NCBI GenBank assembly: GCA_027604505.1
Contig: JADIIX010000086.1
Coordinates: 1-64,000, forward strand
Reading direction: 5' to 3'
DNA from: Gonapodya sp. JEL0774
Lineage: Eukaryota
DNA length: 64,000 nt
Numbering within the stretch: position 1 is the first letter of the stretch; each line of letters starts with the position of its first letter. This document shows, in pieces, positions 61,848-64,000 of the stretch. The notes beneath the pieces were generated by a model that was not told the DNA's origin, ran no database searches, and saw only the letters and a list, made by a program, of their open reading frames with translations. Both the position numbers and the translations under genes were made by a program.

Positions 61848-62054
61848 TTACGGGCAGTGAAGAGTGAAACGATTTTGGGAGTGCGGGAGCTAGACCAAAA
61901 TACCAATCGATGAGTACGGAGGACACCAGTTCATTCTTTGCCTCGATCGCAATCCAACACTGTGAAACGATGCATCTGAGTAATATTCTATTTCAAGTTA
62001 TATTCAAGTTTTAATTGTTGTATCAGCAACGAAGTACAATACCATCTCCGTTTC

Positions 62055-64000
62055 TCATAGCGACGCCTTCGCGCTGTGCACCTCCGCAGGCTGGATCGCC
62101 AAAACACCTGCATCGCTATTCGCAAATCTCCCCTTCGGGTCATACGCGCGCTTCAGCTGAATTAACCGCTCCGCATTCACACCGAAAAAGTCGCTGCTTT
62201 GGTCCTCCCCGACTTTCGCCCCATGCCCGATCCGGTTCGCAAACTGGCCTTGCGCGAACTTCAGCACGCGAGCGCCAGTCTCCGCAACCCACGGTTGAAG
62301 CAAGCGCAGCTGGTCTGCTGTGGTCCCGGATCCTAAGATAGTGACCCAAAATCCCTGTTTCAGTCGCCACGGGAACGCAGTATCGGTCGGTGCCTGTGCA
62401 TATGGGAGCATCACATCAGAGAGCAGGCACACATTTGTGAACACCACGCGACGACACTACCAAGCAAACAGAACCCTAAAATGGCTCATTAAATCTCACC
62501 TTTTCGCCAATCTTGCCACCGATCGGAAACGTCGCGATAAACGTCCCCGGAGCAGGTGACCGCTCAAACTGCTCCACGAGCACATCAATGAGTTCGTCTG
62601 ACAACTCTTCTACAAACACAGCTTGTTCTGTTTGAACATGGCGAAGTCAACACATCAATTAGAGATAAATGCTTGCCCCAATCCCTCACTCGGGCGTGAC
62701 GCAATCACGAACGCACCTGCTCTGTACGATGGCGGGATATGTGGCATCAACATGCTTTGCAATCGCATGTACGGAATATCTCCGACCTGGTCCACGAATG
62801 GATTAGGAGCCGCTGTCAAATGATTGTGGGGTTGTTACAGCTCTGCACTTTCCAGGGTTTGCCCGCTAACAAAGGTCCGCCAAAGAGACTGGGCCGCTAC
62901 ACATACCGTCAATGACATCTTTAAGAACTTTCTTCGCCTCATCCTGGCTCACGCCCAAATATATTGGTAGAATCTGCGTGAATTTGCGCCGCTCCCCAGT
63001 CTTTTGATTTGGCGGTCTTCAACAATCCCAAGCGCAGGAACAATATCCATCACACCAATGAATCTGGTCAGCCAACAAACTAAAATAGAACCACAAACAG
63101 CCTCCTTTTGTACTCACCCCCAACTCAACTCCGCCATAGTACAGCTAGTCCGCGGTGCAGCTTTGATGTGTTCCCGGACGGCCACGATACATTCCCGTGC
63201 GCGGTCGATGGGGTAGAGTCGTGCACCGGCGCGGCAGACGGGGATCGGGTACAGGCGAATCGTAAACTGTAATGCGGTATTGGCGGGAATTCACCAATGA
63301 GAAATCAAGACAGCGGAGGGTTTTGTTTTGTTTGCTTTTATTGCCTTTTCGACCTACGGCGATCAGGGACTCACCCGAGACACAACTCCGAAACTTGCGC
63401 CAGCACCCCGTATCGCCCAGAACAAGTCCCTGTACTTGTTCCCCGGTTCATCGTTCGCTACTGCCACTGTTCCATCCGCCAGAATCACCTCTACCTCGAG
63501 TACGTTGTCCACTGCCATACCGTACTGTCGCGCGAGCCAGCCCCACCCGCCACCAGTGAGAAACCCGCCGACGCCTGTGCGAGGGTCAGACTGTTGGGGG
63601 GTTGCAATTCCGTGGCAAGGTCACGGCACTACTCATGCGACAAAGGCGGGGAACACTCACCCCTGCCGTGGTGCACAGTCCGTGCAACGAGGTTTCCCCG
63701 TCCAGGTCCATCAATTTGCACCCACCCTGTACGTGCGCGATTCTTTTTTCCTTCTCAACAACAACACCACGCATGAGGCGGAGATCCACGCAGAGAACGT
63801 TGTCCTTGAAACACCGCATGGTGTGGCGTCCTGGGAATCCGTGGCGGTTGAGGTCTGTAGGGAGGATACGCGTCACGTGGTCTCACAGCGGTTCCTTACC
63901 TCCAGAGACTGTGAACTCCGTGTTGGTCTCATTGCAAATACGGATTATTTCTGAGATGTCTTTGGTTCCAAGAGGTTGGACCAGAGCAGAAGGGCGTTGA
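62055..64000 (-). CDS. FAD-linked oxidoreductase (PCMH FAD-binding plus BBE domain), 5' end beyond the window
   Basis: RPSALVQP, VSG|GRH (covalent-FAD His position), GVGGFLTGGGWGWLARQYGMAVDNV, DLFWAIRGAGASFGVV, FGVNAERLIQLKRAYDP..F. Confidence 0.92.

Noticed and set aside
63272..64000. Plus-strand ORFs at the window end
   Set aside because: Antisense of the FAD oxidoreductase exons.
1..64000. CRISPR arrays, operons, rRNA/tRNA genes
   Set aside because: Eukaryotic spliced genes throughout; no repeat-spacer array or recognisable structural RNA by eye (tRNAscan-SE/Infernal not run).

Overview
Intron-dense eukaryotic DNA with short GT-AG introns (GTGAGT/GTGGGT/GTAAGT donors), so the ORF track shows only exon fragments; the gene models below were spliced by eye. 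The gene content (presenilin, half-size ABCA transporters, TM-SH3 receptor-like protein) suggests an early-diverging, probably zoosporic fungus; this is inference and not verified. Left to right: an orphan intronless ORF with CpG-decayed flanks; a Cys-rich type II membrane protein; an LRR relic; a Mus81-N-terminal-like HhH protein with an RS tail; presenilin with a Ty3/Gypsy integrase relic just upstream; an NmrA/CipA-like reductase; MSP1/ATAD1; a divergent eEF2; a Cys-rich/TM/2xSH3 receptor-like gene; an Erf4-like membrane protein; a ~2.2 kb tandem duplication of an aldo-keto reductase (copy 1 has a nonsense codon); two convergent half-size ABCA paralogs flanking a coiled-coil membrane protein; a D-threonine-aldolase-type PLP enzyme; a SnoaL-like protein; an omega-like GST; a low-complexity single-pass protein; an SGNH hydrolase; SDE2; a DUF2408 protein; EB1/BIM1; a micro-exon VPS68/TMEM50 gene invisible in the ORF track; and a 5'-truncated FAD/BBE oxidoreductase. 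I saw no rRNA, tRNA or CRISPR. The best candidates for something new are the divergent eEF2, the nuclease-less Mus81-HhH/RS protein, the convergent ABCA half-transporter unit, and possible presenilin-dependent cleavage of single-pass receptors. All four are hypotheses.
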